Origin: Phoronis australis
Taxonomy: Eukaryota > Animalia > Phoronida
NCBI GenBank assembly: GCA_002633005.1
Contig: NMRA01000527.1
Location: forward strand, 62,001-126,000
Reading direction: 5' to 3'
Length of the DNA: 64,000 nt
Below, one piece after another: positions 42,444-56,600 of this stretch. Under the pieces are notes generated by a model that saw nothing but the letters and a program-made list of their open reading frames with translations, was not told the origin of the DNA and did no database searches. The position numbers and the translations under genes were made by a program. Each line of letters opens with the position of its first letter. Position 1 is the first letter of the stretch.

Positions 42444-44853
42444 AAGATATTGAAAACGGCAGGACACTGCTTCAGTTGGATAAAAATACCCTTGTCAAAG
42501 ATTTTATAGTTATAGCAAGGAGTGTACACTCCTTGGTTATAGTATCTTTGCCTTTGTCCAGTGGGTAAACGGTTCAGTGAGTGTTAGGGTATAATTTGGC
42601 CTATTGATTTTTTGGTTGTCAAATGTGATTTATACGGAGGAATTGAACGAACTTACTTTGAAATTTTTATATAATTTCCTGATACTTAGTGCCAAAGGTA
42701 AAAATTCAATCACTGTGACACCAGTTAGCGTATGGCAGTCAAATTCATATTTACTGAGTACTGTGTCTGAATCCAATTTTTTTAATTGATCTGCACATAA
42801 AATTTAACCTGGATTTTTCTTCTTATAATAGCGTTATGCGTTTATGGATGCGTAGTAGGACTATACACGGCCAGAACACGACGCATGTATATCGACCGTT
42901 GCGAACTCAGTGAACAAAAGGCCGTGAGTGAAACCCATAAAATATAAATTACATTGCTTTACTGAAGTCTGTCCTAATTAAATTAGTAAATATTACTCTT
43001 TTGAAAACGGGTCGATTTCGTTGCACAGGTCAATTTCAATCAACAATTAACGTTTGCCTGATTCCCACATGTATTGAAGTCACAAGTGTAATATGTAATT
43101 TTTTTCTTCCGATTTTGAATACCAGTCCCGAATGCACCACTTTCAATCACGATCACGATTATCCCGCTGTGTTTCATTAGACCACCATCATGTTATGTTC
43201 TTGGGATTACTACATAAGTTAAGTAGCTGCAATGGTGGGAAGATAAAATTCTGTCACGGTAGGGACAGTATAGGCGCATTAGCTATGTGCTCAACAAGGA
43301 AAAATATAACAACAAAAACTACCAGTGTTTTTTCAACTTAAAATGTGATCAGAAACAATTCAAATTACGCTGTTTAATGTGCGAAAAAAACTCGAGAACC
43401 TTGCACTGAACAGAATACTAAAAACACGTTACTCTGAGCAGCAATGCAGGATACAGTGACTTTCAAACCATAACTCCGCCTGAATCAGTAAGTTTGTCAC
43501 TTTGCGCGTTAGAACACCCAACCCCACCTAAGTTCGAACTCTTCGAGGTGATCCGAAGCCGCGCTTTCGTGTGTCCATAATTTGCCGCAATGTTGTTGAC
43601 ACACAAGTACGAGGGCGTGCAGAACTCTAGTGAATCAAAACACCGATTTCTGTACAACTGCGCAATTTATTTCAAAGATTGATATGTTCAACAAAAATTG
43701 AATGTCATAACACATTTTGAACACTACGCTGACAAGATGTAGTAGTTTCCTAATTTTTACTTTACCTAAACGTTCTTGAAATAAAACAAAGGAGTCATGC
43801 CAAAGATGTTCTCCCAAGTGCACCATCGGTGCAAATACTCTAACCCCGACGCATATTAATCAAAGACACAATATCCAACAAGCAACCCATTACGGGGAAA
43901 AGACCACAGTAAAACGCCAGAATCTCGAAACTTTATACTTAGGATGGTTAGCTTCATTTCATCCGACTTGTGGTATGGAACTTGGACATCTGTCTCCTCA
44001 AAGCACAGAAAAATGCCCATGTACAATTTGCTTTATTTCTCAATCTAAATCCAATATCTTTCGCTTTCATCGTTGCAACGAATATGGGCGACATCACTCA
44101 TATTTAAAGTGTCATTTATGCCTTTTCGTGAAAATAATGAGGTTAAATAAGTTTAAAAAATTGGTCTCAAAATTTTGTAGCCATGATAGCAACAGAATGC
44201 TCAAATCAAGGGGAATGAAGACATCACCTGCGACTGACAAGAAGCTATTATGGAAGGTCTGGCCAACACGGTCACTTCCCAATTTCCTACAGTTTCCATA
44301 AACTGAGCGAACAGCCAGTCGCCTGAAATCTGTTCGCATAGTAAAACTGGAACAATATCTTCATGTCGGCCACTTGAACCTTAGTTGTACCAAAAGACTA
44401 ATTCACGTTAATATGATATGCATTCAAGTTAACGCCTACAACATTTTTAACTTAAACATTAAAAATTCAATCCATGAACATTGGACAAGCATATAAGAAT
44501 GCAGGTGTTTCAAACTGACATTTTTGAAAAATTAGGTTAGGATGTTAAGTAAAGGAGTGAACCAGAATGGGTACTAAAATATGTGCTTTCCAAAAATATT
44601 ATTTCTGTACAAATTCTCCAATTTGGGACACGGAAATTCCCCCCAAAAAATTGAATTTTCTTGATTCAGGAATTTGGGACAATGGCCATTTTAGTATTCA
44701 TATTTCTCAAATTTTGGACAGTGTGTTAACAATCTATAGAGTGGGTAATTGTGCTGTCAATCTATAGAGTGGGTAATTGTGTTGTTTTTCCGATGATTCT
44801 AGAATTTGGGACGGCCAATATTGCCCATTTCAAGATTTGGGACAAGCTCTGTC

Positions 44854-44997
44854 CACTGGCCGATTTTGAGGGGGGCCAAGAGGGCCATGGCCCCCCCAAA
44901 AAATTCTCCCAGATTCCATTTTGCAGTTCGGGGGTGCAATTGTCTGACGGGCAAAATCTTGGATANCCCCAACTCAAAAGTCCAGGATCCGCGCCTG
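44854..44997. mobile_element. GC-tipped MITE, same type as 29538-29852
   Basis: cactggccgattttgagggggg ... ccaggatccgcgcctg. Confidence 0.55.
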
Positions 44998-46788
44998 CTT
45001 ACCTTGAACAGAATAAATAATTTCACTGTCCCAAACTGGAGAATTTTCACCCTTTCTAATACTCTGATTCCGAGACCAGGGAAACTTAAAATAAACAACT
45101 CCCTGATAAAAATAGGCAAAACAAACACAAATTTAATAACATAGGTCAAACAAAAATAATTTCAGTAGTCTGTAAGATTAAACGAAGTAAACATAAACAT
45201 TTTTCAAAAATTGAAAATGAAGAAAGCAACAGGAAAAATAATGACCACAACAATCTAGAATATTAAAAGCTTATCATCTTATTTTAGCTGATCAAATTAA
45301 TATACAGAACACTCTAGAAAAACCTCTGTGTATTGGTAAAACAATAAATTGCTACCATCAAATCAAGATAATAAATAAGTATGTAACAGGGTTTCCAGAA
45401 GAGCTCCTTTGACAAAGAGGCCCCCATAGGGGAACTTTCCGATTCCTTTTGCATGTCTGGTGGATGTAAAATGTGGGTTACATGTCAATGTTTTTCAATT
45501 ATTATAGCTCGGTAGCACTAACTTCCTTGAAAACACGACTAAACTTTTTTTCTGGAAATATAGCTAGTGCTTTAATTTGTTTGTTCGTTATATCTCTCAG
45601 AGTTTTGCTATATAGTTGCACACCTGAAGAAAGGAGATTGTTTCAACACTACGAGCGACTCGGCATCAAGCTTTCAAACAAAAAGTTTAGTTTTTCAATT
45701 ATTGAAGGATCGTTAATGAAATATTTCAGTATTATCAACTATCAACACTTATCTGATCACAAGACAAGCTGGCACCAAAGTGATATCTTTTTCTACAGCT
45801 AACCTATGAGGCCCAAAGCCAAATGATGGTGCTGGGGGTTGCAATTCAAATTTACGAAATACCCCCACTACTCTTCTGTAAAAAATTCCCCTTGGGGCCT
45901 CTTTTGGGATACAAAAAACGTAAGTAAATTTTCATGGTACACAGATCAGCCTTTACTTAAACAAGAGAAAACAATTATTTTGGTATCTACAAGTGGATTT
46001 AACTACCAAAGAAATTTCAAATTGACAGTAAACTAGAGTTGATAGCATAACAAATAGAGTTCTCAACCTAAGGCGCATTTAGTGTTAAGGAAAAGACAGA
46101 GAAAAATGTAGACAGACTGCTAAAAGCAGGGCCAGCAATTTGGCAGTCGGGCTGAGAAATTTTCAGACTAACAGGCCCAGCGGGCCAGCACATTTATTTG
46201 CTGAAGTTCGAACACTGTGCCATAGAGATACATGTTCCCCTGTTTTGACTAAATAAGAACACAGAAGTAGTCGCATCAATCGAAAAATATCACCACAGGA
46301 GCATTTCCTAATTACAGTTCTGTATGTGTTTGCACTTTACACTTACAATTTGAAGCTTGGTTGCATTCACTTGTGGCAGCCACTGTAATGATGAAACACC
46401 AAAAATTCAAAATTCAAGTTACGAATTTTCCACTAAATTCTGTTTTTTGAAAAAAATGAACTGAGACATTTAAAAAGTATTCTTTGTGAATAGGTTTTCA
46501 CTATATTGCTTTATTAAAATTCATCTTCATAAATTTTTTGCCAAGTAATAACAGGCTAATACTGTCCAGGTATCCAACCTACCTTACTCTTAACATAACA
46601 GAAAAAGAAAATCTGAACAAAATCAAATAACTAGGAAATAAAAACTTGTACAGACGCTAAATCAATAGTCAAAACGGCCACAATATAGTGCAATATAGTG
46701 CAATATAGTGGTCTTCAAAACTTCACTAATGCAGATGGCCAATACAACACAGTAATAATAACAGTGACGTGCATTTTTGATTTAAAAA

Positions 46789-46957
46789 CTATTCCAACAC
46801 TTGGGAACAAATTAACAAAAAAATATTTGGGATAATGAAGTGAGCTGGTGAGAAAAGCCAAAATCCGTAGTTACTTTTGTCCAACACAGCTGAATCTCTG
46901 CCAAACATACGATTAAAAATACCTAGAAAAGTTACTTTGTTAACCAAGCTGCCAATT
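46789..46957 (-). CDS. RILPL candidate third alternative last exon
   Basis: ttctttttttgcag acceptor; in frame LIGSLVNKVTFLGIFNRMFGRDS...QVLE*; minus-strand AATAAA at 46510-46515. Confidence 0.35.
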
Positions 46958-47374
46958 CTGCAAAAAAAGAACATCAGGTCACACTGTTTTCCTTTATGTA
47001 TTATGCTTACAAAGTAGTTGATATTGGCCATCAATGATTTCAGTTAAGTCCACACTGCAATGAAACATACTTAGTTATATCAAACTTTTCCTAATTTGAA
47101 ATACTACAAAATTTAGCTTCCTTGAAATTTGGACTCGATTTGAAAATGTGAAAGGGACAATAAAGATTTCAGCTTCTATAATCAAAACAATCCTGATTTT
47201 GTTGGAACAACACACTGTCATATTTTACAGTGTTGAACATTTGTTAACTTCATGACATACGGCCGCCACTGCGTTAACACTGGAGATGAAGTTTTGCACA
47301 CAATAACCGTGCTGTAAAGCATCTCACATCAATATTCCCCTTCTCCCAGAGCTACGACTACCTGCAGCATTCTG

Positions 47375-47696
47375 CTACAACTGTGTAAGTTCATTCAAGT
47401 CACACAAAGGCTCGTTAGCAATGTCAAGCGCAGCGCTCAGGCCATAACCTCCTGTTGGAACATTTGGGGCACGATCTTGTTGCGAGACATTTGGGTCGCG
47501 ACCTCCTGTCGGTACATGTCTCAAACCGTGTTGACTTGACACTTGATTGAGCTTGATGTTACGTCCCTGAACGGTTTGTGAAATACTGAGTGAATCATAC
47601 ATGGATGAGGCTCGGCCTCGCTGCGAGTTTCTGCGGCGCTGGTGTCTGGATACATCACTTCCCTTCTTCTGTGATGTACCAAAAAAGCTCTTAAAA
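47375..47696 (-). CDS. RILPL1: RILPL last exon (long)
   Basis: tttcttaacatttcag acceptor; in frame FFKSFFGTSQKKGS...MYDSLSISQ...ELTQL*; GC-richer, coding-like composition. Confidence 0.75.
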
Positions 47697-50600
47697 CTGA
47701 AATGTTAAGAAAGAAACACGTCAGTGTTTTACCATTTTGAGGTCTCTGAAAACAACGTTATGAATAATTTATTTATAAAAATATGATTTCAAGAATTCAA
47801 CGTAAACTGCACTGTAGCCATTCTGATTTTTAGAAATTTTAAAAACACGTAAAATATGACACTCAGGCTAACAAGCATGACCTTCAGTTCATGCTTACTC
47901 TTCCATTATTATTAAAATTAAATAATAACCATGACAACAACTGCACAACATGCCAGCCAACCAGTTCAATCTATTACTTAGCTTTAAAAACTTCATGCTT
48001 TTTCAATACTTATCAACTAAATAATAGACTTCGACCATATCAAGTAGTAAAAACACATAAACACCTATAAAATAGTAAAATAGTAAAAAAAACTTCATAC
48101 TGGTTATGTTACAAAGTTAGAAATGGTAAAATCAAGAACTAAAAATTAAATCTACACCAAGTTCGCTCGCGACAGACTAAGACAGATGTTGCTGAACCAG
48201 ATGGCAACAACTCAATTCAGCAAACTAAAAATATTTTCCAAAGCAATTTTAGCTTTAAACATTACTTTCACTAATCACGCTGCACATGAAAACACAAACA
48301 CACAAACACACTTTAAACTAAATAGCTTCAACAAGCACCACAACACTCGGCGAAAAACAACATGAACAAGTAGACAAAAAACTTCTACAGAAGCATGAAC
48401 AAACAATATCTTATTTAACTAAGTCAAGTCAATCAGCGACAAGGGAGATACGGTAACAACGCATCATGCACTATACTCATAACAGCGATATTACTGTACC
48501 ACACCTTAATATTGTCTTAGTCAGTAGATAGCCTGTCTATAAGCTTTTCGAAGCTGCAAAAAAAAATGACACTATAGCTAAATGTTGCACAAAACAAGTG
48601 ATTTTCCTCAACGCACATTTGGTGATTACCCAAACACAGAAAAGAATACCATCTTGATTCATGCTGTGACAAGATGAAACACGTCCATATTCTGCTTATA
48701 TTACGCTAACAACACAAAATGATCTTGTGCTGCAAACGCAGTAAAATCTACCAAATTTAGGACACACTATGGCAGAAAAGTAATTACTCATTTCTTAATT
48801 GAAAATAATACAAAACTTATGCTTCACCGATTTCAATAGCTACCGCCAACTGCTAGCAAAATTCTTGATATTTACAACAAAGTGAGAACTGGGTGAAAAT
48901 TGAGGGAAGCTAAGGGAGACTACTTAGCATCCTTTCAAGTTCACTAAAAACTCCAAATCGTTGGTTTTATTAGTCAAGTTACTGTCATTCGGACAGTACT
49001 AAAAATGAAACTAACAAAATTTTTAAGTGAAATCGCAAGAAAAAGCCAGTCTGTTGCACCCCCTGGAAAAGTAATCTGAACAGAGAACTAGAAGGGACAT
49101 ATAGGGACAGTTCCATAACACAATTTATAACAGTGTTAACAGCCAATTATGAGACATATTAACAAGCTTCCCCTTGATGTTACAACTTCACACAGGGGTG
49201 AGTATACCCAGGACAGACATCATTCTCCAAAAATCAAAATGTCAGAACTGTTATAAACATGTTGGAACTTCAGATAAACAGGAAATAAAGTGAGCAGTTC
49301 AAAATAGAACAAGGGGGTAGGCCTTGAAAAGTAAACTGCTATTTTTGAGACAACGAATCTTCAGCAAATGTATTTTTAAAAATGTACATTGAATGACTCA
49401 TTACTGTCTCTGCTTTTTTCTAGGTAAACACAGAGTCAAGGTGTCAAAAAATAGGTGCATTCGTGCTGCCAGTGAATACTCAAAGTGGCATTTCGCCTCT
49501 GTTTAGCTGTCAAAGTTGGATTTTTAACCAAAGTGCTCTTGGCTTAAAAACATTACCACGTTAATAAAATCTGGAATTGTTACCGAATGAGCCGACAAAT
49601 CAAGTTCTAGGCTATGCATACATGCACCATTTTTGGACACAATTTTAGGTTTGGCCAACCCCAATAAACTTTGAAGCATTTTCTCGATTCACTGATAGTT
49701 TTGACATTCTTACTAGCAAAAGAAATATGAGATCAATTTTACGAGAGAGAAAAGCCAAATTGGATTTTTGTTTTTTAGCCAGCTAAACTGGGTAAAATGT
49801 ATATTTAAAGTTGCTGAATTCTTGTTTTTTACTATTTTATGTTGGTTTTTGAATTTTTTTTTGAATTAATTGTAACTAGTCAGGCAAGATTTTACGAGAT
49901 TTCACAAAGTTATAAATTTTCTCGACAAATACATTGAGGTAATCAGCATTAGACTGCCACACCTGTCTGGGGTACACAGATGAAATATTTCCGTGACTAT
50001 TGTTATGAAAAGCAAGAAGATGTGGCTTCGGTGATTTTTCGTATTCGGATAAAAGATCACGCTTCATTTCAATGAATCGTACAACAAACAAAAATTGGTT
50101 TGATTTGAATTTTAACCCTATAATTTGTCAAACTCGGATCTAGTAACTTAAAGTGCTAACAAAGTTAAAGGTTATAAATCCATATTCAACAAATCGTCAG
50201 AAAGTGACGTGGTGCTATCAAGAGGTTAACATTACACAATGTTCACAACCCAAGAGGTTCACATACATTATAACTTGCATTTAGCATATTTCAATTTTTG
50301 TTGACCTTTTCAACATCAATTAGTTCAAACGGTTATGTCACAAAGTTTGAAAGCACTCCAATATATCAAGCAGCAACTATATATTTCACAAATCAGCGAA
50401 AGGACACATTGTTGTATAGTTAACTCTGGCTTGCAGAGACAAAGCAATGAAACTACAGCAAGAACTGGAGAAATGCGGAGGTAACGTTGTCACGTCTGTT
50501 CGCCATCAGAATCCACACGCTAATGACTCATCAGATCTGCGCCCGCATCTCGTGTAATATAATACAGTTAGCAGTGAGTTAGAATCGCTGTCTACTTACA

Positions 50601-53600
50601 AACGCTTTATTCCCGACTCCTCCTTGTAGCCTGGATACAGCTTCTCTATTGGCTCACGGTTGATTGGTCCATGGACTGGCAAGCACTGTTCCTCCACTTC
50701 TTTGTCAGTGTCACTCCTGACAATACATAACAGGATTACTCAATCTGTCAGTTATCTCCACTCTCCTGTATTAGAGTCTAAATTTGAGTGAGCATTGAGA
50801 AATAGACATGGCTGGATAAACAAAGTGTGTTGTGCTTAGTTGTGGACATTAACTAGCACTGTTAGCATGAACTTTTGACAATAATATTTTTGGGCACACC
50901 GGATGTTGAGATGAGCATTTAATCATGTCAGGCAAGTGTGCTCAAGAGATTATTACAAACCATAGGAGAAATGATTTACTAAGCTAAAATGTATGGTAAA
51001 AATTCTTCAATGTGGGACAAAAATAATTGCTAAAATTGCCATGTTTCTACCTTTCAGAGGCTTACCACTGTTGCAAATACTCAAAATTTTATCAAACGTT
51101 GTCTGCTTATATCTACACCGCAGAAACCATGTTAAAAGCAAAGTAGGTTTTCCTGAAAAGTTGTTTTTGTCGAGAAAGTTGACAAAATGAAATTTCACCT
51201 GTCTGCCATATAGTATCCCAAACTGAAGATTTTTTACCGTAATTTTAGAAATTATTCTAAAAACATGTTAAGAATTCTTTATGAAGGGCAGTTAATAACA
51301 TCATGAACCACATGGCACACTACTAAGGGTTTTTCAGCTGTACTTTGGTGCTACCTCCAGGAGCAAACATCAGTATGAGAAATAGATGCACACTAATTCA
51401 CCCATTACTCATGTGGCAAACATCAGTCAACTTCATTCTGTCCTTGACAAACAAGTACCACTAAGACCACTATTTCAAGACACTCAGATAACGCCAATAT
51501 AAACCCCGGCAACTGTGACGACAACCCTTCTTAAAATCACTTACTTGACTTTATAAATTTTGAGTTCCTCTTCAACCTCAAGTAACTTGGTCTTGAGCTC
51601 GTTCCTTTCTAGTAACACTTCTCGTAGTTCACTCATTGTGAACCGCGGACGGTTAGGGTCCTTTAAATCAACTACCATCTTGCCAAGATTATGCAGCTTT
51701 TCCTCAATGTTGTCCATGTCATCCGTCTGCAAAGAAAAATGGCTGACATAACTCCTTGCGTAAACAGCTCAGACTAAATCAGGTCAAAACCCATGACTTT
51801 ACTCGCAGTCCATATTTTTATGTTCAAAGCGACAGGACAGAAAAAAAGATCCCATGGCAACGGGATTTGTGTCGACACAAGGCTTACATAAAAATTAGAC
51901 GTTGATGAGAAACGTAGAATGAAATGGAGTTGCCACGATAAAACACGAAAATTGACAAAATTTCATTCTGCTCTTCTTCACGAGACAACACTGACTCTCT
52001 TACATCCACGAGGGTGTTTTGACCTGATACATCTGAATGTCCACTTAGTTAAGGTTCAAGACAAGTATCAATCTACAAACAAATCACAGTTTACTGCTTT
52101 GGTCTTTAATTATCTAATTATTAGCGCAAATTGATCTAAAAGTAGTGTGTAACCTAGTGTCAGTCCCACAGGTCAGGGGATGAGCCATGTGTACCAACCA
52201 AGTGTCAGTCGAACAGGATGTGCCATGTGTACTAACCAGCTATGACCTGTGCTGTATAGGCTATAACTTTGACACGACCCAAAATAACACGACGCATGCA
52301 GGATGACCCGTGTCAACAGCTGAACACATGACCAGCTCAGAAACTACGACAAGGTAGAAGTTGTGTAGAAAACCAAAACAATGTCATCGTAACTATTGTG
52401 GGTGCAGTGACAACTTGCGTCATATCCAATTTGGTTAACACGGAAAAGTCAGTCAAGTCAGTTTAAATTTTATCAAAGACATCATGATTACTAACTTAAA
52501 CCCCTGCAGCTGAACTCAAAATATATTTTGGCTTGAATTTGAGTGTAAGTTCACTGACATGATTCTGGGTTCTGACCTTGAAAGCGTAATGTCATATTTA
52601 ATGAAAATAGACATTCAACCAATGGTTATAGCCGACTGTACAAATAATGCACAAATTAATGCTTCTTCAGGAAGCATCTGCAGCTTGACAATGGCGCCTA
52701 GAGAGTACATTAAGCCAACTAAAAGCTATTTTCATTACAAGACATCAACAATATTGACACGACATTGACAATATTGACACGAGTCACTGAAAAATGATGA
52801 TGAGCAGCAACAAAGCGAGTGAATAAGTGTTTAAAAAGAGGGGGGACCTATCTTTTAAAAGTGCGTTTTTGAAGTATTTAGCTGCCAAAAATGAAAAATG
52901 AATTAAGCCGCTTAAAAGCTGAAATAATCTTTCTCTGATTTCTTAGAGTTACCGAAAAGAACATAGAAACCATCGGAGTTTATTGAGGTTGGTCAACACT
53001 ACAACTGCAAATTCGAGAATGACGCAAAAACACATTGCCTATGAGGAATCCACAGTTTGTACATACCATTAGTGCCAATAAAATGTTGAATTTGCCCATT
53101 GGATATTTGCTTCAAGTAACACCTGACTTGAGCTTACTTAAGATTTTAAACTCAAATACGATTCAAATGTGAATGTAAACTTGATTAAGAAAAAAGGTTG
53201 CCATTCATGATTTTTAGAAACGTATTTTGGCAGCAGTTAAAAAATAAAATAGTGTACACATACTTAATTTATAACAGAGGTCTTTCAAATATTTTCAAGG
53301 CTAAAAGGCAAAGGGATTTTCAAGCTCACAATGAAACACAAAGACTACTCAAGGTCAAGGCTCGAAATTTCAAGGGCTTTGCAAGACTGTGCGAACAATG
53401 GATTCAACAGTGACAGTTAATTAGCAGCGAAATGTCCCTATAACGTTGTGCAAAAATGGTATTGAATGTCAGCTGAACACATCCTTTTTTAAGCAATGCT
53501 GCTGAGTATGAGATAAATCAATTGAATTGCCCCAAACACGTAAGCATGACAAAGAACTACAAGACAAGCACTATTGATGAAGCAAATGCAAGTGATAAGA

Positions 53601-56600
53601 TCTTGATAATAACTGACGTCTGACCACAATGCAGGGCAATGAGGCAAAATACTGCGTAGTGACAATAATGCATACTGACAATGGGAAGATTACCCCAGCA
53701 GAGTCTTCAGTCATTTCCTACAAAGCACAATTACATACAGTTCACACGGAACCTTTAGACAAGCTATTAGCTTACAGCTGTTAAAACATGCTAGCAGAGT
53801 TCACATGCTTACAAGACACTTTTAGCAGAAGCACCTTGTCTGAATGTCATTCTCAAACAGTTGAAATGACTACCAGGTAAAGTCTGAGCCAACACGCATT
53901 CAGGATTTTAACCAGGATAGTCTGCCAGTGGTATGTTTCTCCCGTTTTCTATTCAGGACCTTTCTCAACTGTAGTCTAACTTTCAGAATGTACAACTAAC
54001 TGGATCCTGAATCTGTGATTACTCAAGTTACACTGAGCACGCATTCGGAGCCCAAAAATTGGCACCTTCAAACTAAATACAACTTTAATATGATTCAACA
54101 TGCCAAAAATATTTTCGTGAACACAGTACAATTGCAAATACTATAAATACTGACATGTCCCAACATACCGTACTCGTCCGCGTTACAGCCCAAGGCGCTT
54201 GAATTGGGAATCTAAAAAAACGGGGTGGGCAGTAAGCCGAGCATGGGCGGTAAAAATCGAAATTTTTGAAAAGTCGAGAGTTGTTGCTTACTGCACGGAA
54301 GACTGATTTTAACTGGAGCAACATTGACGTGGTACTTTAAGCATATCAGTTAAAATATAGGTCGAGGGACAGAAGTAATGGACTTCGATGGCCTGCGCAC
54401 ACAATACAGTGGAGTCGTGATTCTGAGCGTGATTGGGTTTTTACATACCTCTGTCACTGATGGTCATCACTTTGAACTAATTCCTACACGTAGGCGTGCG
54501 TTCAGTAGGGCAAGTTTCTTGAGAGAAAAGACAGATCAAACAAGACTCCACTAGTTCGCAGTGTATTTTTAAGGGAGGCACTTGATTGTGTAAAGATTTG
54601 CTTCCTGCTGCACACTTAGGCATCCAAGCACATGCCAATGATTGACAGGTCTTCTTCAGTACTGAATACTTTGAACCTGGTTAGGCAACCCAGCAGTGCT
54701 AATGATTGACAGGTCTTCTTCAGTACTGAATACTTTGAACTTAGATAGGCAACCAAGCACATGCTAATGATTGACAGGTCTTCTTATTGAATACTTTGAA
54801 CAATGTAACATTTTGAATGCGTTGTTCTTTTTGAGTTCAAAGCCAACACCACTGTTGTTCAAAGCCCGTGCTCAGCAATCGGACGATACCTGTACTAGGC
54901 AATAGGGGTGCTTGGTCAGCTGCCAAAATAATAAAGCAAAAACAAATCTTGTAAAAAGTCATCGGACAAATTAAAACTTCAAAAATAAGTTTTTGACCAC
55001 GTAGAATGTGGACAGAATGTTTGACTTGCGCTAATGACAAGTTGATTTTTTAGGGCTCTTGTTTTTGGTTGGGCACTTCCATTTTGGTGTCAGGAGTGAA
55101 AGTCATTAAAAACAGGCGTTTAAACAAGACGGAACAGCGACACAAGTTGGCTCATCACAATGGACCATGTCTTTTCTTAATATTTCAAATCTCAGGGTAG
55201 TTATAATTCGTGTACTGTCATGGGGAATCACAGAAAGGTTGGCCACAGATGTGATATCCCTGTCAAGTACTGCTTTGTTGGTTCTTCTACAGCAAATGAA
55301 ATACATTCGACAAGCGCTGTCTCGGTGATCAGTACATGCCGACACGAGTTCCGCAAGTGAGCCAAACAAAACAATTGTGTCTCCTTCAGTAAAGAGCATG
55401 TGAATACGGGTATTTTACCGCCATAGTAAGGCAAGGTCCCAGTTCCGCAAAAACTGATCAATTGTCACAGAAAGGTAAGCGACTTGCGCACGTTTTGGAA
55501 TCTTAATTTTGTGCAACGAATGTTCACAGAAGCACAGATACTTTTACGGAAGTCTTGATCATGAAAAATTGGGGGTGGGCGGTAAGCCGAGCATAGGCGC
55601 TTAAAAATGAAATATTGAAATTTTCGGCGGTGGGCGGTAAGCCGAACATGGACGAGTACGGTAATACCCATCCTAGCTGTGTGCCCAATTTCGCAAAATA
55701 TGTAAAACAAGACAAAAAGAATTAAAATCCAAGTCTTAAACATAATAAAATATAAAACACTGTCTCTCTTTAATAAAAAGACAGAACTTGCACAATCTTT
55801 CTTTTAAAAAGATGCAACAGATTACATCAATTTTACACTATTCCACTTTATCACTAATAACTGTTTGGATGTCAATTGTGCCAAGCTTATCTTAAGGCCC
55901 TTTCAGACAAACTTAACTTCAGTATGAGAGTAGCGTTGATGTGAACTGCAAAGTCAGTTGAACCTTTATCAGCTTCATCGAAGGAAATGGAAAGTGATGC
56001 AGTCATTATCGAAGTAACCACAACAGGCATGTATGACCCCTGCTGATAACTTTGATGAGACCCAAGTTGACTGTTCACACTGCGTCACAGTTCTACTGTT
56101 CACATTTTTACTGCGAAGTTAAATGGCGCTGTTCACTTCGATCCAGGAGCAAAGTTAACCATTCATGATACTGACATCAATTCCCCAAAACATCAAAGCA
56201 TCAATGTTAGTATGAAAGGGCCTATAATGATGTCGAGGACATGGAACTGTACCTTTTGTTAATGTTGTAATGAACTACATTTGTAAAGTGGCAGAATTTC
56301 AGTGCACTTCACTCACAATGAAGTTTCTCGTAACATGAACATCTTAATTCCAATATGCAACATAACACGACAAGGAATCATGCTGTTAATTAGAAGTAAC
56401 ATACATTATTTCGTTCAGTTCTTAGCTGTAGAACTATTATGGCAACATAAAGACAAGGGCACTCTGATTGACTTTTGGCAACAATGACAGCCTTCACCAA
56501 CAAAAAAACACCACTACAAACTTTTGCATCCATAAGCAAGATGCCACAGGTTCAGGTGAATTACTTTAAATGTAATTGTTTTTTTTAAATCCCATGTTTT

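Noticed and set aside
43080-44420. Possible decayed transposon or gene between ALG2 and RILPL
   Set aside because: CpG-richer, but I could not identify termini, a TSD or a recognisable protein motif.
50495-50540. SECIS element
   Set aside because: AUGA/GA is present but the helix is only 8 bp, the loop has no AA, the site is intronic and no in-frame UGA is involved.
55887-56078. Additional RILPL exon
   Set aside because: Weak acceptor, no convincing phase-compatible donor and no family similarity.
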